Shown here one piece after another: positions 11,839 to 25,195 of a DNA stretch of 44,578 nucleotides; positions within the stretch are counted from its first letter, which is position 1, and each line of letters opens with the position of its first letter. Location of the stretch: assembly GCA_000320545.1 (NCBI GenBank), contig ADNK01002440.1, forward strand, positions 1-44,578, read 5' to 3'. Below the pieces are notes generated by a model. It worked only from the letters and a program-made list of their open reading frames with translations. It was not told where the DNA came from and ran no database searches. The position numbers were made by a program, and so were the translations under genes. This DNA is from Bigelowiella natans CCMP2755 (taxonomy: Eukaryota; Protista; Cercozoa).

Positions 11839-12668
11839 TGAATTTTCCTCTTTAAAAATAAAAAAACCAATTCCATCACATGGAATTACAAACCGTACCG
11901 TAGGTGATTTAACATGGAAAACGGGGCTGCCGTATTTATTCATTCATACTAATATGTACATGGGTGCGTGTGCATATCAGGTGTGCAGACAACGACGGGC
12001 ACAATACTGACTCCACAGACGGGATCATACCGGGAATCGCTGCAAGCCTCTTCGCCCCAGATAAAACATCGGGTCGGAAGGCTGCCGTCCAGGCTGTGGG
12101 TATGTTCCGTGAATCTACAGCTTTACCGGCCTACACAAAGCTCTATTCTGACATCCTTCATGACCTGATTGGAGGTGCGACAGACAGCAAAGAGCACTCG
12201 CCCGCCGAGCTCCTACGCTCCGTAATCGCACAGTATGGCAAGTCGATGAGATACGACGTGAAGAAGGATGTCGAGGCGGATCTTTACGAGGAGCGACGAC
12301 AAGCTGAGTTGGGGAGGAAGGGATATAGAAAAGACCCCATGTCAGCCTGCTACTTGAACTCCAACTTCCCGGCTATGCTCTATTTCGCCTACAAATACGC
12401 TGATAGCCCCGCCGAGGCGATGCTAGCAAACGCCAACGCCGGGGGAGAGAATGTCGCGCGAGGCTCGCTCCTGGGGGCTGTCATCGGGGCGGCGTACGGT
12501 ATGGATGGGTGGGGGAAACTTGGGGAATTCGATCCGATTAAGGGTCTGCATGCCTGCAAGGAAATCGGCGAGGAAGTTGAAAGCTTCGTGGCCGCTCTGG
12601 AGGGAGCCGAGGAAGAGAAGACATGTAAACAGTCGGCTGGTGATGAAGGCCCTAACAACAAGCTGTGA
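11090..12668 (+). CDS. ADP-ribosylglycohydrolase-family protein (3 exons: 11090-11430, 11544-11744, 11981-12668)
   Basis: N-terminal family motif DRIRGALWGIYIGDAVAMPAHWYYD, internal HNDTYA..HRMFF, and C-terminal AMLANANAGGENVARGSLLGAVIGAAYG. Splice phases are consistent. Confidence 0.88.
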
Positions 12669-13218
12669 GGCTGAATGTGCTCCTTTCCTGCTGCGCCAGT
12701 TTTTGCCGTGTCTCAGTTTGTTTGTAGGTAGATCGAATAAATGTGGTCTGGTGTTCTCGAACGGATTTCGAGAATTATGAAGCGAAATCACTGCTGTCGC
12801 GATCGCTGTCATGTGTGCTCGTCGACCAGATGTAGATGTACGTACATGTGTACACAGTTGATGCACGCACGATACGCACGCATTGCGGCTGTCGTCCAAA
12901 TGTGTACATGTGTACATGTTTAGCTTGTGTCGGTACGCACAGCTATATTTTTTGTCAGATTTTCTCTAGATGCTCTAGCTAGCTAGTGTGCGCTACGTAC
13001 CCGTCAGCACAGCACATCCGCATGTGAGCAAGCAAACCCGCTGCGAGGCATGCAGCGATGACGCGAACGAACAAATTGTGCATCGCCCGTACGGATGTGT
13101 GTGCTTTTGTAACTTCGCGCACTGATGATATGATTAGCGCATCATTAGCGAGATGTACCTTTATCTAGATTGCTAGATGAATGTCTTAGAGCCATTACAT
13201 GCTAGCATGGCATCATGA

Positions 13219-13627
13219 CTACATCATGTTGATAACCACCTTCCCGCCAGCAGCGCTACCCCCCTCCTCTCGGACCGCAGCTGCGATCTTTTCCAGCGGA
13301 TGCACCTTTGCAATCCTGACCTGCTCGCAAATTCAATAATCCCGTAAACTCCACGAAGACTATAGAACAGCCGCTTCATTATGCAGCATCGATCAGCGAA
13401 ATGAAGAGCAAGTATAAATGCGACGTGAAAAGAAGTGCCAACAAGGTTGCACATTGTTTTTTTGGGTATGGGAAGTCACCATCGTAAATCCCTATCTTTG
13501 TACCTTTAGCTTGCCAGCCTCAACCAGATCTCGAGCAGCATCGAGACAAGCACGCTTGGTTGGATCCATAGTGAGTATTTGCGCTAGGATGTCCCATGTG
13601 TGGTGTGGGCAGCAGATAGACAGCGAC

Positions 13628-13670
<43 letters not shown>

Positions 13671-14238
13671 GTGTGTTTACAAAAGTTATATTAGAGATTT
13701 GAATATACAATTCCCTCTCAAAATTATATATCCTCGCCCTCGACTTACCCCCCACTCTCTTCTCCCATTTTCTCCTTCTCACTTGTGTCCGTATATGTTA
13801 TAAAAGAATAAGAGCGATGAAATGCATGCTCCAGAGAAGACAAATCGCAACCTGCAACGTCCTTGTTCCATCTATGATCCCAGAATTCCTGATATTTTTT
13901 TTATCATATTTCGTACATTTGAAGAGGCGGCAGCCTTATCACACACAGACACACACACATATAAATACACACACGCTGGCTGAAAGACACCTCGAAAGCG
14001 GCAATGGAGACGAATCGCCCGCCTTTCCTCAATACCTGACAAGAACCGGCAAAGATTCAGCTCCGACCTATTTCATAAAATGAACACATTTCCTGCTTCT
14101 TTCTCTAACCCCCTCCGCATCCTCTCTTCCATACTGCCTCTTCAATGGCGCGCGCGCGCATACACACACCTTATTAGCATGTGAGCAGACGCCTTTCTCA
14201 CCCACACAGTCGTATACCTTTGAAATAATAAACCATCG

Positions 14239-14278
<40 letters not shown>

Positions 14279-14319
14279 ATATATATAAGTGTGTGTGTGT
14301 GTGTCTCTCTCTCTCTCTC

Positions 14320-14367
<48 letters not shown>

Positions 14368-14416
14368 TGTGTGTCTGTCTGTGTTATCAAATGTACGTAG
14401 TTTGAACATATATCTA

Positions 14417-14457
<41 letters not shown>

Positions 14458-14904
14458 ATTCAAATGTAAATATACTCGCATACAACGTTATCTTCAACTT
14501 AGTTACAAAAACATTCAGACTATCGATGTTACAGCGTCCAAATCCTCGACTACGTCTGCGAAGGGAAGGAGGCACAGCCAGGAAAGGAGGAAGAAATGAC
14601 GCAGCACGGTTATTTCATCGTATCGACCCGCGTTCAAACGTAATATACACGACGAAGAAGTACTGTTTTGATGTGAGTGCTTGTTATAAGTAAAAAATAG
14701 CAGAGATGTAGCCCTCCCCCCTTGCCCGCAAAACAGCCCATAATTCATCCGACACCCCGCTAGGAAACTCTGCCTCCAAGAGTTCTGAACACTTTTCTAT
14801 TCCCAATCGCGGATGGGTTTACTGGCGGTTTGCCGTTACGTTCGAGTGCCCTACCTGGCCAGTGGGTCTTCGTGTAATCAATCACTCTGTCCGCATCCAG
14901 CGAC

Positions 14905-14938
<34 letters not shown>

Positions 14939-15152
14939 AATAGAGATAATGCGCCATGCGTGTACACTAATGTCTCATTTCTTATCATCCCTTTCCGATG
15001 CCGTCAGATGCTAGCATGCATCAATCATACTATCATAGTATCAATCCGAACTAAACAAAACCACCTTCACGTATTCGATATTCCTCGAAGAACAAGTCGT
15101 CGTTACATGAAACCCTTTAGCTTTCGCGAGCTGAATAGCCGCGCTTCCCGTG

Positions 15153-15197
<45 letters not shown>

Positions 15198-15489
15198 CAT
15201 CATCATCATCATCACCTTCACATCACCATCATCATTATCAGCATCACCCCGTACCGACAGTAAGCCATAAGACCGAATACGAATTACGATAAAGATGGGG
15301 ACCACACGCAGCACACCATACGCATGAAAACGTGGAGAATATGATCCCAAACATGCGACAACTCTCTCTTTTTTTTATTTTTAACGCAGGGCCGATCTGA
15401 ACACCGCACTCATCAGCTGGATGGATATCGTTCGTCCAAGCACTGTAGACCGTCTCTTCAAAAACCTCTTTCATTCAACTCACAAGCAG

Positions 15490-15522
<33 letters not shown>

Positions 15523-15892
15523 GTACGACTGCATACTTGAGCTTCCCCCAAGCACCAACAGCCTTTGGCCCTTGCAAGTAGAGAAAAACAAAAGCGATAT
15601 GCATCATCATCATCATCATCATCATCATCGTCATCATTTTGTAAGGAGCGCCAGAGAGCGAAATCGTGCTGCTCACGAGTTGATGCAGGTGGGATGCAGA
15701 TGGTGCTTCAGTTCAGGTCAACTAGTAAATGTCTCGTTATTTCAGATATATGCTGGCAATTATATTCCACGGCAAGCACCTTCTCCAGCCGACACTGTTC
15801 AAGGGCCTGCCCCGATGTCAGCACAGCCTGGATGCAGTTGATTATGTTTGTCAGCGAGCTTTTATACGCATGGATATTAGAGTATACTACAC

Positions 15893-15927
<35 letters not shown>

Positions 15928-17672
15928 TATATTATGTACATATACGCGCGCGCGTGTGTGTGTGTAGATATTTTTAATAATTTAAATTATCGGTACACAC
16001 GCAAATGGTGAGCGAAAGCTACCACTGGAAGAGCCGCTATTTCCACAGGACTGAGATTTGAGGGAGAAACTCCGCACTGGCATCAGGTATCATCAAAGGA
16101 ATAACATATGCGAACACTTTCGAAACATTCTTAAGAAATATGTTTCTTTGAATCACCAATAGCCCCCCCCCCCCCCCCCCCCCTTCCCTTAACGTACTTT
16201 TGACCCAGGCAAGACAGCATACTCTGCGAAAGCGCCCATGATGAGAGGCTGGTAGGGTTGGTCAGTGTTGTAATTAGGCACATTCGTCTTTGCGCTCGAG
16301 TTGAGAAAACAAATAAGCAATTGCTGGGTTATAGTGGCACCTCGCCTCGCTTTGGAGTTGGAAGTGCGGCCTAGAAGAACGTGCGTGCGGGGGGGGGGGA
16401 GCAAAGCTTAATACACTCCGATGAAAACACATCATCGACTGGAGGTCTACTCCTCCTTACCTAGCTATTGCTACATTTCACACAACAATCGTAAAAATAT
16501 GGCCGTCATATGTTAAACATAGAAAATTTGTAAAATGTATGATTTCGCCTTCTAACGAACCCATACGGTATCTCCCACTTTGAGCCGCTTTTCATCGACC
16601 CCTGTTTCAATCACCTTACAACAAACGAGCGTTGCGTGTTCTTAGAATGAAGTTCATATATTAAGGCAAACGTGTCGTGCGACCCGACCGCCTTCTCTTT
16701 TGTCTTAGAGAAAAGCCGCCATTAGGATTACAAACAACAAACACGGCGTGCAGTATATCGACGACATCGAACCTCGATCCTCTTTGCAGTATTGCATTGA
16801 ATAGGATATAGATATACAGGATATACAGTTGCTTTGGAAGCCATCCGTATAAGAACTGGTTTTGCTTCCAATATGATGGTCGGGCGATATATTGAGGCAC
16901 CTACCACTGCTGCCATGTCGAATCCTGTCAACGACGGGAATTTTGGGATGATGTAGGAATCTGAAAGTAGTAGCATTTAGTCATATGAATGTGAAGGCTG
17001 CCGGCAAAGGTCGAATCATCACCACACAGTCTTGCTTCTCTCTAAGGTATTTACCCTTCTTTTAAATTGTGATATTTATAATGATATGTAGAGGAAGAAG
17101 GACCTTTGAGGAAACCCCTCATCACTGCTCGGTCTACACGAACAACAGGCACAGATCGAGACGATATATCACTAAACGCGCTGCTGGTGAAATGAATAAT
17201 GAGTGACCGATGGGATTTATTGCTGCCGCAAGTACTTTTACGAGGACTTCATCACCTTTGGGCTTTGGTACCTGAGTAGTAAAAACAGTGAGGAATGGAA
17301 CTGAGAGGGGGGTGGGGGGGACAATAGGTAGCGGGCACCGGACAAATAGGACAGCGATTCAAACTACTTTAATTGTAAGAGATGACTATTTTCCATGATG
17401 ACCTCAACAGTCTTCAGAGCTATTTTGGAGAGGTCCATAGAGTAATCCTCGATAACGAGCGCTTTCATCGTGGATGGGACTTCGCTCGCCGCCCCCCCCC
17501 CTTTTGCGTATGGCGTTGCCTTCCAACCTGAAAACGCATGTGGAATGTGTTTTGATCAGACTCGGCTCTCGTGATTTCTTTCTTGCATGATTGTTAAATT
17601 CAGATCTTTGGATGGCTGCTGCTCGTGACAACACGCACGTGCGTTCACCACACGTGTGAGTGTCACAGCCAT
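13219..17672 (-). CDS. MDR-family NADPH:quinone oxidoreductase-like protein (RTN4IP1/alkenal-reductase type), ~20 exons
   Basis: The spliced translation reads MKALVIEDY..VPKPKGDEVLVKVLAAAINPIDRAVMRG..TGFDMAAVVIETG..LKVGDTVW..GAFAEYAVLP..PSNLSPVEIAALPVAVLTSGQAL..GQRLLVLGGSS..VTTTCSSRNIEYVKSLDADRVIDYTK..DAVYDCVG..VLRKGGRFVSI..LVEAGKLKVRIAKVHPLEKI..GKVVINMM*. No Zn-binding Cys cluster is present. The start at 17672 (MAVTLTRVVNARWK) and the exon near 15385-15442 are less certain. Confidence 0.9.
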
Positions 17673-18478
17673 CCGCTCAAGCCTGGTCGAAGTGTCCCGT
17701 CTCCATTTTGATTACGGTGCTCCTGATATTATTAGAAACGATGAATCTGGGCAAAATCTAGCCGATTTTTCTCAAGCGTCATAGGTACGTTGACGAATGC
17801 GAGAAAAAAACGTCGGCAATCCAACTTTCTCCCAGCATTTCGATCAGAAGCTCAACCACAACCAACATTAATTACCGGCGATTCCAGAGATGCGTCAGCC
17901 CTTGAAGCGGCTGCGTATAATCAAAATCCGACATAAAGATGCCCAGAAGACCAGATGATCATGTCGCGAGTTTTAGAACTAATTTCCTAAAAATGCGTCT
18001 TCGAAGGTATCATTTAGTGCCCAAAGCTCGCTTTTGAACAGCTGACTTAGTTACCGTAGAGGGAAAATTGCCGAGGGCATTCGCGTCTCTTGACAGCGGA
18101 GGAAGACATGAGGAAAAAACTGGGAGAACTTCACTTTTCGCTCTGTTTCTTAAAGAATCTAACCGGGGATTCATTGTCGCAGTCTTCGAATCCATGCGGC
18201 TTTTGGTACGGGTGAGATTCGGAATACTGTTTGGCCCAATTGCATGGTAAGATGAGACTCGGAGTGCTCGGCTTCTCAGTGCAAGGCGAATTTATGGCAG
18301 CAGGCTAATTGGGGCTTCGAATCTGCTGAAAACGGAAAACCATTCTTTTCAAAAAGATGGATTCCCTAGGATTCCGCGTGCGTTCATAAGCTGAATAAAG
18401 GTTAATCTAAGAAGAATCACTTTCGGAAGTGAACGAGTAGTAGTGCAGACTTGAAAGTGCATCATTCAAAGACCCAAG

Positions 18479-19970
18479 ATGCTGACTGTGCTTCTACTCG
18501 CTGCGGTGAGACAATCGATCATGCTACAAAGAATGTGTCTCATTGAGAATTTATTGCTTTTGCAGCTTCCTTGCTCGGCTGTGCAACATTCAAAGTGGCG
18601 ACAGCGCGGTTCAGAAATGGAAGTCATTGCTGCAGGTATCACAAGTCTTTCCATTGCGTCACAGAGAGATGTTTTATGTTTTAGAAAATTTTTAAAGCTT
18701 TGATTGCGATGAAAGACTCAAATCACCAATCTATCATGCACAAAGGTGTAAATGTGACGAATTGTTCCCCACTGAAAGTCTTGCAAGTGGCTTCAATTCA
18801 AGACGATTGCGTGACTCAATTGCCGATGAAAAATGGATTTGGATCTCAGTAAGAACGGATTATAAACCTAAAGCATTCATTGTTTTAATCTATTTCACTT
18901 ATCGCTTACCAGATACGTGGGCTTGATGTCTGCAATGGCGTGGGCGGGGTTGCACAAGAAGGCGTTTTGCAATACGGCCTTCCAAACCGTTGCACACAAC
19001 CAGGATGTTAAAATATGCAACACCCTCACAGGATTTCCAGCTGGTCGTGACTGCCACTATTGTTACAGTGAGAAAGAATTCTTTCTCAAGATCCAAAGGG
19101 AGCTGCCAACTCATAGGCTACTAGAAGCATACACTCCATGTCTTCGAAAGCAGCTTCGGGAAAGCTTTGACCAAGGTAAAAGAAAGGACGGAGTCAAACA
19201 AACACAATACGACTTGTTCATCTGATTTTTTAATATGGTCTCTTTACCAATTTAGGCGTCGAGAAACTCGGTTTAGAGCCCGTTAACTTCGATTATAGCA
19301 ACCGAACAGTTGTCAATGTTGCTGTACACATACGCCGAGGGGATATTATGAATGAGTTCATGAATAAAGGCCACGATATAATTCCTAACTCAGCATACCG
19401 CAAGGCCATTGCCCATGTACGAGAAATCCTTTGGAAGAATAATCAAACTGCCAATTTTCAAGTTTTTTCAGAAGGGTCGAGTAAGTCATTCAAAAACATT
19501 GTAGAAGGACACGATGATGTACAGCTGCAACTTTTGGGGGACGATGGAGCGCTCGAAACATTTGTAAGTATGGTCAAGGCTGATATCTTACTGATGGCTC
19601 CTAGCAGCCTCTCTTGGGCAGCCGCATTTCTCCGCATAGGCGGACAGGTGGTTAGCTGCAGATAAGAGATAGAATATTTCAATATTGTTTTGACCCATGT
19701 GGAGTTTTGCTTGTCGCTGAATAATTTTATTTTTTACGGTAACGGCGTCCAATCAACAACATTGTCTTATAGAACAAGCATATTGATTCCAAAAAACGCT
19801 TTTACGTGTCCGCATATCTGCATCACAATGATCCAAGGATAGTCAATTTTGTAACGCAGAACATTCGTCCGAAAAAATGGAGCTATCATAAGGAACCTCT
19901 TCCGGACTGGAATAACTTCATTTCATTCTCCGTAGCCAGCGATTATCACAACGTGTTCCTAAACGAGTAG
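18479..19970 (+). CDS. GT11-type (alpha-1,2-fucosyltransferase-like) glycosyltransferase, ~6 exons
   Basis: Short hydrophobic leader MLTVLLLAALPCSA. Motifs: NGFGSQY, VAVHIRRGD (GDP-fucose-binding motif of the GT11/GT23 group) and TFVSMVKADILLMAPSSLSWAAAFL. The last exon ends at TAG 19970. Confidence 0.75.
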
Positions 19971-20798
19971 ATTACAGATTACCCTTTGGTGTGCATGATC
20001 AAGAATTGTAGTTTCTGCCAAGTGAGAGATGTAGAACTTAGGAAAGATCAGAATTCAGGGTAGCGTTTTGCAGATGTGCATCACCAATGACAAAACAATG
20101 ATGAACCTTGGTGCTTCCGATTCATTACGTGCATCAAAATTTTGCTGCTCGGCCTGGCTGCTTGATCGTATCCCTCCAATCGACAACGTCATTGACGCAT
20201 CATCGCCATACAATCACATGCATGTTGTTAATGCTGACATGATGCCGTGCTAGTGTCAGTGTACCCGTCACATTGCCATCTCAAGAGTGCGTCGCACATC
20301 TCATTTTCATCCGACAGGGTGTCGCGCATCATGTGTCATTAATGGTGGACGATCGATGAACTAAGGCAATTTGTTTTTAAATTTTCCGCCTGTTGATTGT
20401 CGCAACCGACAAAACAAAATTTCCTTTTGGTGACTACCAACTCATTTCTCTGTGTCGCACGTGCGAAATCAAAGCCATTTTCTTACAGTCAGGACAGCGT
20501 GGAAGTTCAGTTGGAGGTCTTAAAAATCCTGTGGCAAGAGTACCGACAAAGTTCGAAATATTTTTTTGCATGATGTTCCTAGGATGGAAAAATCCAGTTT
20601 ATGCAATGTTTTCATCAACTGATCCTTTGAGGTAAGAAGATCGGCTATTTAAGAAAGGTTTAGAAATAATATCATACTAAAAACTTTGTACATTGTGCAT
20701 TTTTACATTTCATACAGGACAGACTGAAAGCAAAAGAGCGAAGGACCGAAAGAGCAATTTTTCCTCCACCCCCCCCCACGATCGCTCCCAACACTCGG

Positions 20799-23700
20799 AT
20801 GAGAGCCATGGTTCTTTCTCAATCATTAGCATTTTCTTAATTGAAACTTTAATGGGATGCAATATTCGAAAAAATGGCTTCATAAGATGTAAAGGATGGG
20901 GATGCATCCTCGTCAAACACAAATTCTCAATCGACAAAGTTGCTTCTTGACCTGAATTCTTGCTCAGTTTTCTCTACCTGGCCATCAGGCTTTGAAGTCC
21001 TCGTCAGCACGCCTCCTCTGTCTCGCGGCCGCATCATCGCTTGCGATCGCACTTTTTGCATCATCGCGTCATTTAATCGACGGTCGAGCTGCTAGGTCAC
21101 GTGCACGCGTGTCGTACTTTGACACATCACGGCTACTTTCATTCGTTTAACCGTCTCCTTCTCTCCTTTTGCGCTGTATGAATGAAATCAGAATCGTCGA
21201 TCTGTCGTCTTCCGTCACTTCGGCGACTAAGCCTATAGCAGCGCTTTCGTTGCAGCAGAGAGCTCGGATCAATGGCTTCGCAAAGGCTAGCCGATTCCAA
21301 AGCGAGTTCGCTCCAGTATTACGGTTTGAACTTTCCCATGAAAACATCGTACAAAATTAGATTTCGAACGCATAAGCACATTTGCTGTCGTTAATGAGGG
21401 GGGGATCTAGCGCCGCGTATGATGGCCCGAAACCAGCATGAAATCGTTCGAAATATACTTCTAAAGAATCGTTAATCTGATAAGTCTCGGTTGTGTTTTC
21501 GTAGTCGCCGGCTGGACAGCTCCCTCACTACTCCACGTGTCTCTCCCTCGGAAATCGACTTCTCAGACGCAAACGTCCAAGCTGCTGCTGCAGCAGCTGG
21601 AACAGCTATTCTTGGAGGCCTTGCGGTTTTTCTCGCCAAAGGTCATCGTGTGAAGGGGGCGGGGGGAGGACTGCAATTTAATATCAATCGACTAGTAGAG
21701 CAATTTCCTCCCCCTCCCCCCCCCTTTCCTCCTTTCTCCACCATTTATATTCGTTCTCATCTTTGCGTCCATTTTCCATACCACCAGCCCAAGAGAAGGG
21801 ACTTGGAGGGGATACAGGCTCTACCCTATCGTCTCGAGGCATTGCCGCAGAGAAGGTATCATCGACTTGCTTATCAAACTATATCCATTCGAAATCTGGA
21901 GATGTTTTATTTCTGGGGTGCCAGTTATCGTCCGCGGTTTCAACGTTTTTGGAAAGAAAATGCCGCCCATTCTCGAGCATATTCGCTCATGCAGTGTCGC
22001 AAAGAACGCGTCGTTCGACAAGATTTAATTCATGTTGCTTATTAGTTTGTTTCATCCTACCACCCCATCCCCCCCCCCCCCCCCTTCCCTTCCCTTTACT
22101 ATTTGCACAATATCGAAGATCCGAGTGCAGAATGCTGTGGGCGTATTTGGAGCTACAGGAAAGACTGGGAGAGAGGTCAAATCTTATAGATAATATAGCT
22201 TCGATAGCTCTGAATCCTATCGATCAGACAGCAATAGCAATTTCTGGCGAGTATATACAAATGCCGTTCATCCCTCTCTTCCCCTAGGTCGTCAATCTAA
22301 TGCTCTCGGAGGGCAGGGACGTCGTTGCCTTCGCCCGGGACACGAAGAAGGCGGCGGAGTTGTTCGCAAAGGCAGCCGCTGCCGGGGGGGGGAGACTCGT
22401 CACCCGCCAGACCGATGTCACCGATCTGGATAAGATGATTGCTTCTTCCAAATATTTAATGGACGGCGTGGAGCAGCTTGTTGTCGCGCTGGGACCTGTA
22501 TATGGAAAGCAGCCCGACGGCTCCTTCGGGCCTGTTGATGGTAGCTAGCAGCAAGTGACGGGGGAGGTGGGGGTGGGGGGCAATTTTGCTTTCAATCAAT
22601 CGCACGTTGTAGATATGTATAGAACTGTATTCCTCAAGGTATGAAATGAAAAACGCGTGTGCTCTTGTACGTGTATGTGTATGCAGGACTTACTCCTGAA
22701 AAGGTCGATTTCGAGGGGGTGAGCAACATCGCTAAGCTCGCTGGGAGTACGATGAAGAAACCCAGTAAAGAGGACGTCTCCTCGGTGAAGCTTGTCAAGA
22801 TGAGCGAAGGAGGGATGTGGACAACGATTGACGATACGATCATGGGAGGTGCGGCAAAATGCCTTTCAGTACTCTCTTTTCCATAATAGCGTAATAGCGG
22901 CACTCGAATGAGAATAAAAGGCACTGAATTTCCCCTCGAGCGTGGCAAGATAAATAAATGATTATTGCAATGCAAATACCCTCTTATGGATGATACATAA
23001 TAAGTGTAGTGTTACGGCTAGTCGCAGACCAACTCTTCCTCAATTTACTTTCAATTCACCGCTCCATCCCATTCCTCATCCCCCCCCCCCGAATTACCCC
23101 CGCCCACAGGAAAATCAAAGTCCTCTATTGAAATCGCTGATGATGTGCTCAAGTGGTCGGGGGGCGTGATCACAGAGGGGGGGGGGTTCTGCGGCCTGAG
23201 GACCAAGGACTTCGCGAACAAAACGATGTCTTTAAACGACTTCGACGGTATTCGGCTAAGAGTGCTTGGAGACGGAAATAGGTTCGTTTTCGACGCGAGT
23301 CCACCCGAAAAAAAAAGTCTAAATGGTATAAAACGATCTTTGTTCTTCTCCAACTCCTCGGGGGTGAGCGTGGCTTCCAATCGCGGTGTTAATCGCTAAT
23401 GTACTGATAACTGCTCGTCCCCTGCCTTCTCCCTTACACTGCACGGCGAATATGATGGATATTGGTCGGTGTTAGCATTTCTGAGTGCCAAATCATCACA
23501 TGACTTGCGAGCGCCACATACCCTTCGATGAGCTCATGGCTTCCGACGGCATACATATGCTTGTTTGCATCGCAGGTACAAGGTCACGGTCGCCCTTCGT
23601 GACGGCTACACTCGGTACCAGCATCCTTTCGACACTGCTGAGGGGCTTGTGCAGGAGATAGATCTCAAATTTGACGACTTCGTGCCCCTCCAGACCTCCA

Positions 23701-25147
23701 ACGCCAACTTCGTAGACTATGCTGCTACCCCCCTCTCCCAAGCTGACAGGTGGTGTTAAGTATGGTCTTTATTAGAGAGGGGGGGGGGAGGGGGTGAAAA
23801 GGTGGGGGATGAGAAATAAAGGGAAGAAAATCGTGTTTTGTGCGGATGAATTTTATGCGGTTTCTGTCGTACTCGCACGTGAGCGTTTTTGCTCTGCATG
23901 GGTTTTTGGAAAGTGCTGCTACAGGATGAGTGAGACAGCAATTGAAACGAGAAAACGGCTCGTAGTTAACGGGAAAATGGTACTCTCCACCCTCCCCCCC
24001 CACCCCGCCCTGCGGGTCCGACGTGGCTTTTATGAACATCGTCGTGAGCAAGTTCGAGTTTAATGGGTACCCAAATCCAACCGCCATCCCTTCCCAGTTC
24101 GCGTTGAGCGTCGAAAGCGTGGAAGGCCTCTCCCTCCCCAAGCCGCAGGTTGTTATGGTCACTTCGGCGTCGTGCGAGAGAAATGCGCGACTCGTCAACA
24201 AAGAGCAGCGAGCTGCCGATATCCCCATCGTCCAATTGAACCCAAACGGCATCCTCAATTGGAAGTAATACACGTATCTAGTGCTAGTCATCGTTCGACC
24301 GGTGTCCCCCCCACCCAACACAACACGGGAAAGAGAGAGGGAGGGGGGGGGGAGAGAAACGCAAACACGCATCAGATCTGTAGGAACCAACGTGCAGACA
24401 GGCAGGCAGGCACACACACACACACACACACACACAACATAAATCGGACTATTGAATGATGCTCAGATATAAGGGTGAGTTCGCCATTCGAAGCAGCGGG
24501 CTGTCGTACACCATTGTCCGCCCCTGCGGCCTAACCACTCAAAATGAGACCCAGGCGTTCAGCTTAGACCTTTCCCAAGGGGATACCATATCCGGAGCGA
24601 TTTCGCGGAAAGAGGTTGCCTCCCTCGTCGCCGGAGCACTCGAAACACATCTAGCGTCTGGTGAGATAGCAGGGGGGAAGGGGGGGAGGTAAAGGGGTCA
24701 TTTATTTTGGGAGTGAGCCAGTGAGTGAGTGGGTGGGTGAGAGTGTGATTGTGTTGGGAGACGACGGGCATGCTACGGATATAGCCAACGTCAATATGCA
24801 AAGAGAATCTTCGCGGCAAAGAAGAATGAGGCATGCGTGTCTCTGTGGGAGATTTTCCCCCATTCTTTTTGGTTCCCTTCCGCTGTGATAGATTGCAGTA
24901 GCGTCGACATCTATTTGAAAAAATATCCCCCCCCCCCCCCCCCCTCCTCCTCAAAACAATAAATATGTTCCAATTCGTTGCAATGGGGCACAGGCAAAAC
25001 GTTTGAGGCGCGTAGATCCGAGGCAAAAGATGCGATCGGAGACATAGCTGCTACTACCAAACCTACAATATCTCGCCAGTAAACAATAACAACAGCAGCG
25101 ACACGAAAATCTACCAAATATTCATATTAGATATATGTATATATATA

Positions 25148-25195
<48 letters not shown>

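Noticed and set aside
11981-12668. Possible selenoprotein J (Sec-containing ARH homologue)
   Set aside because: No in-frame TGA in the spliced CDS and no SECIS that I could support.
20940-21065. Minus-strand coding-like stretch (DDAKSAIASDDAAARQRRRADEDFKA*)
   Set aside because: It is the antisense of the signal-peptide exon of the HCF173-like gene.
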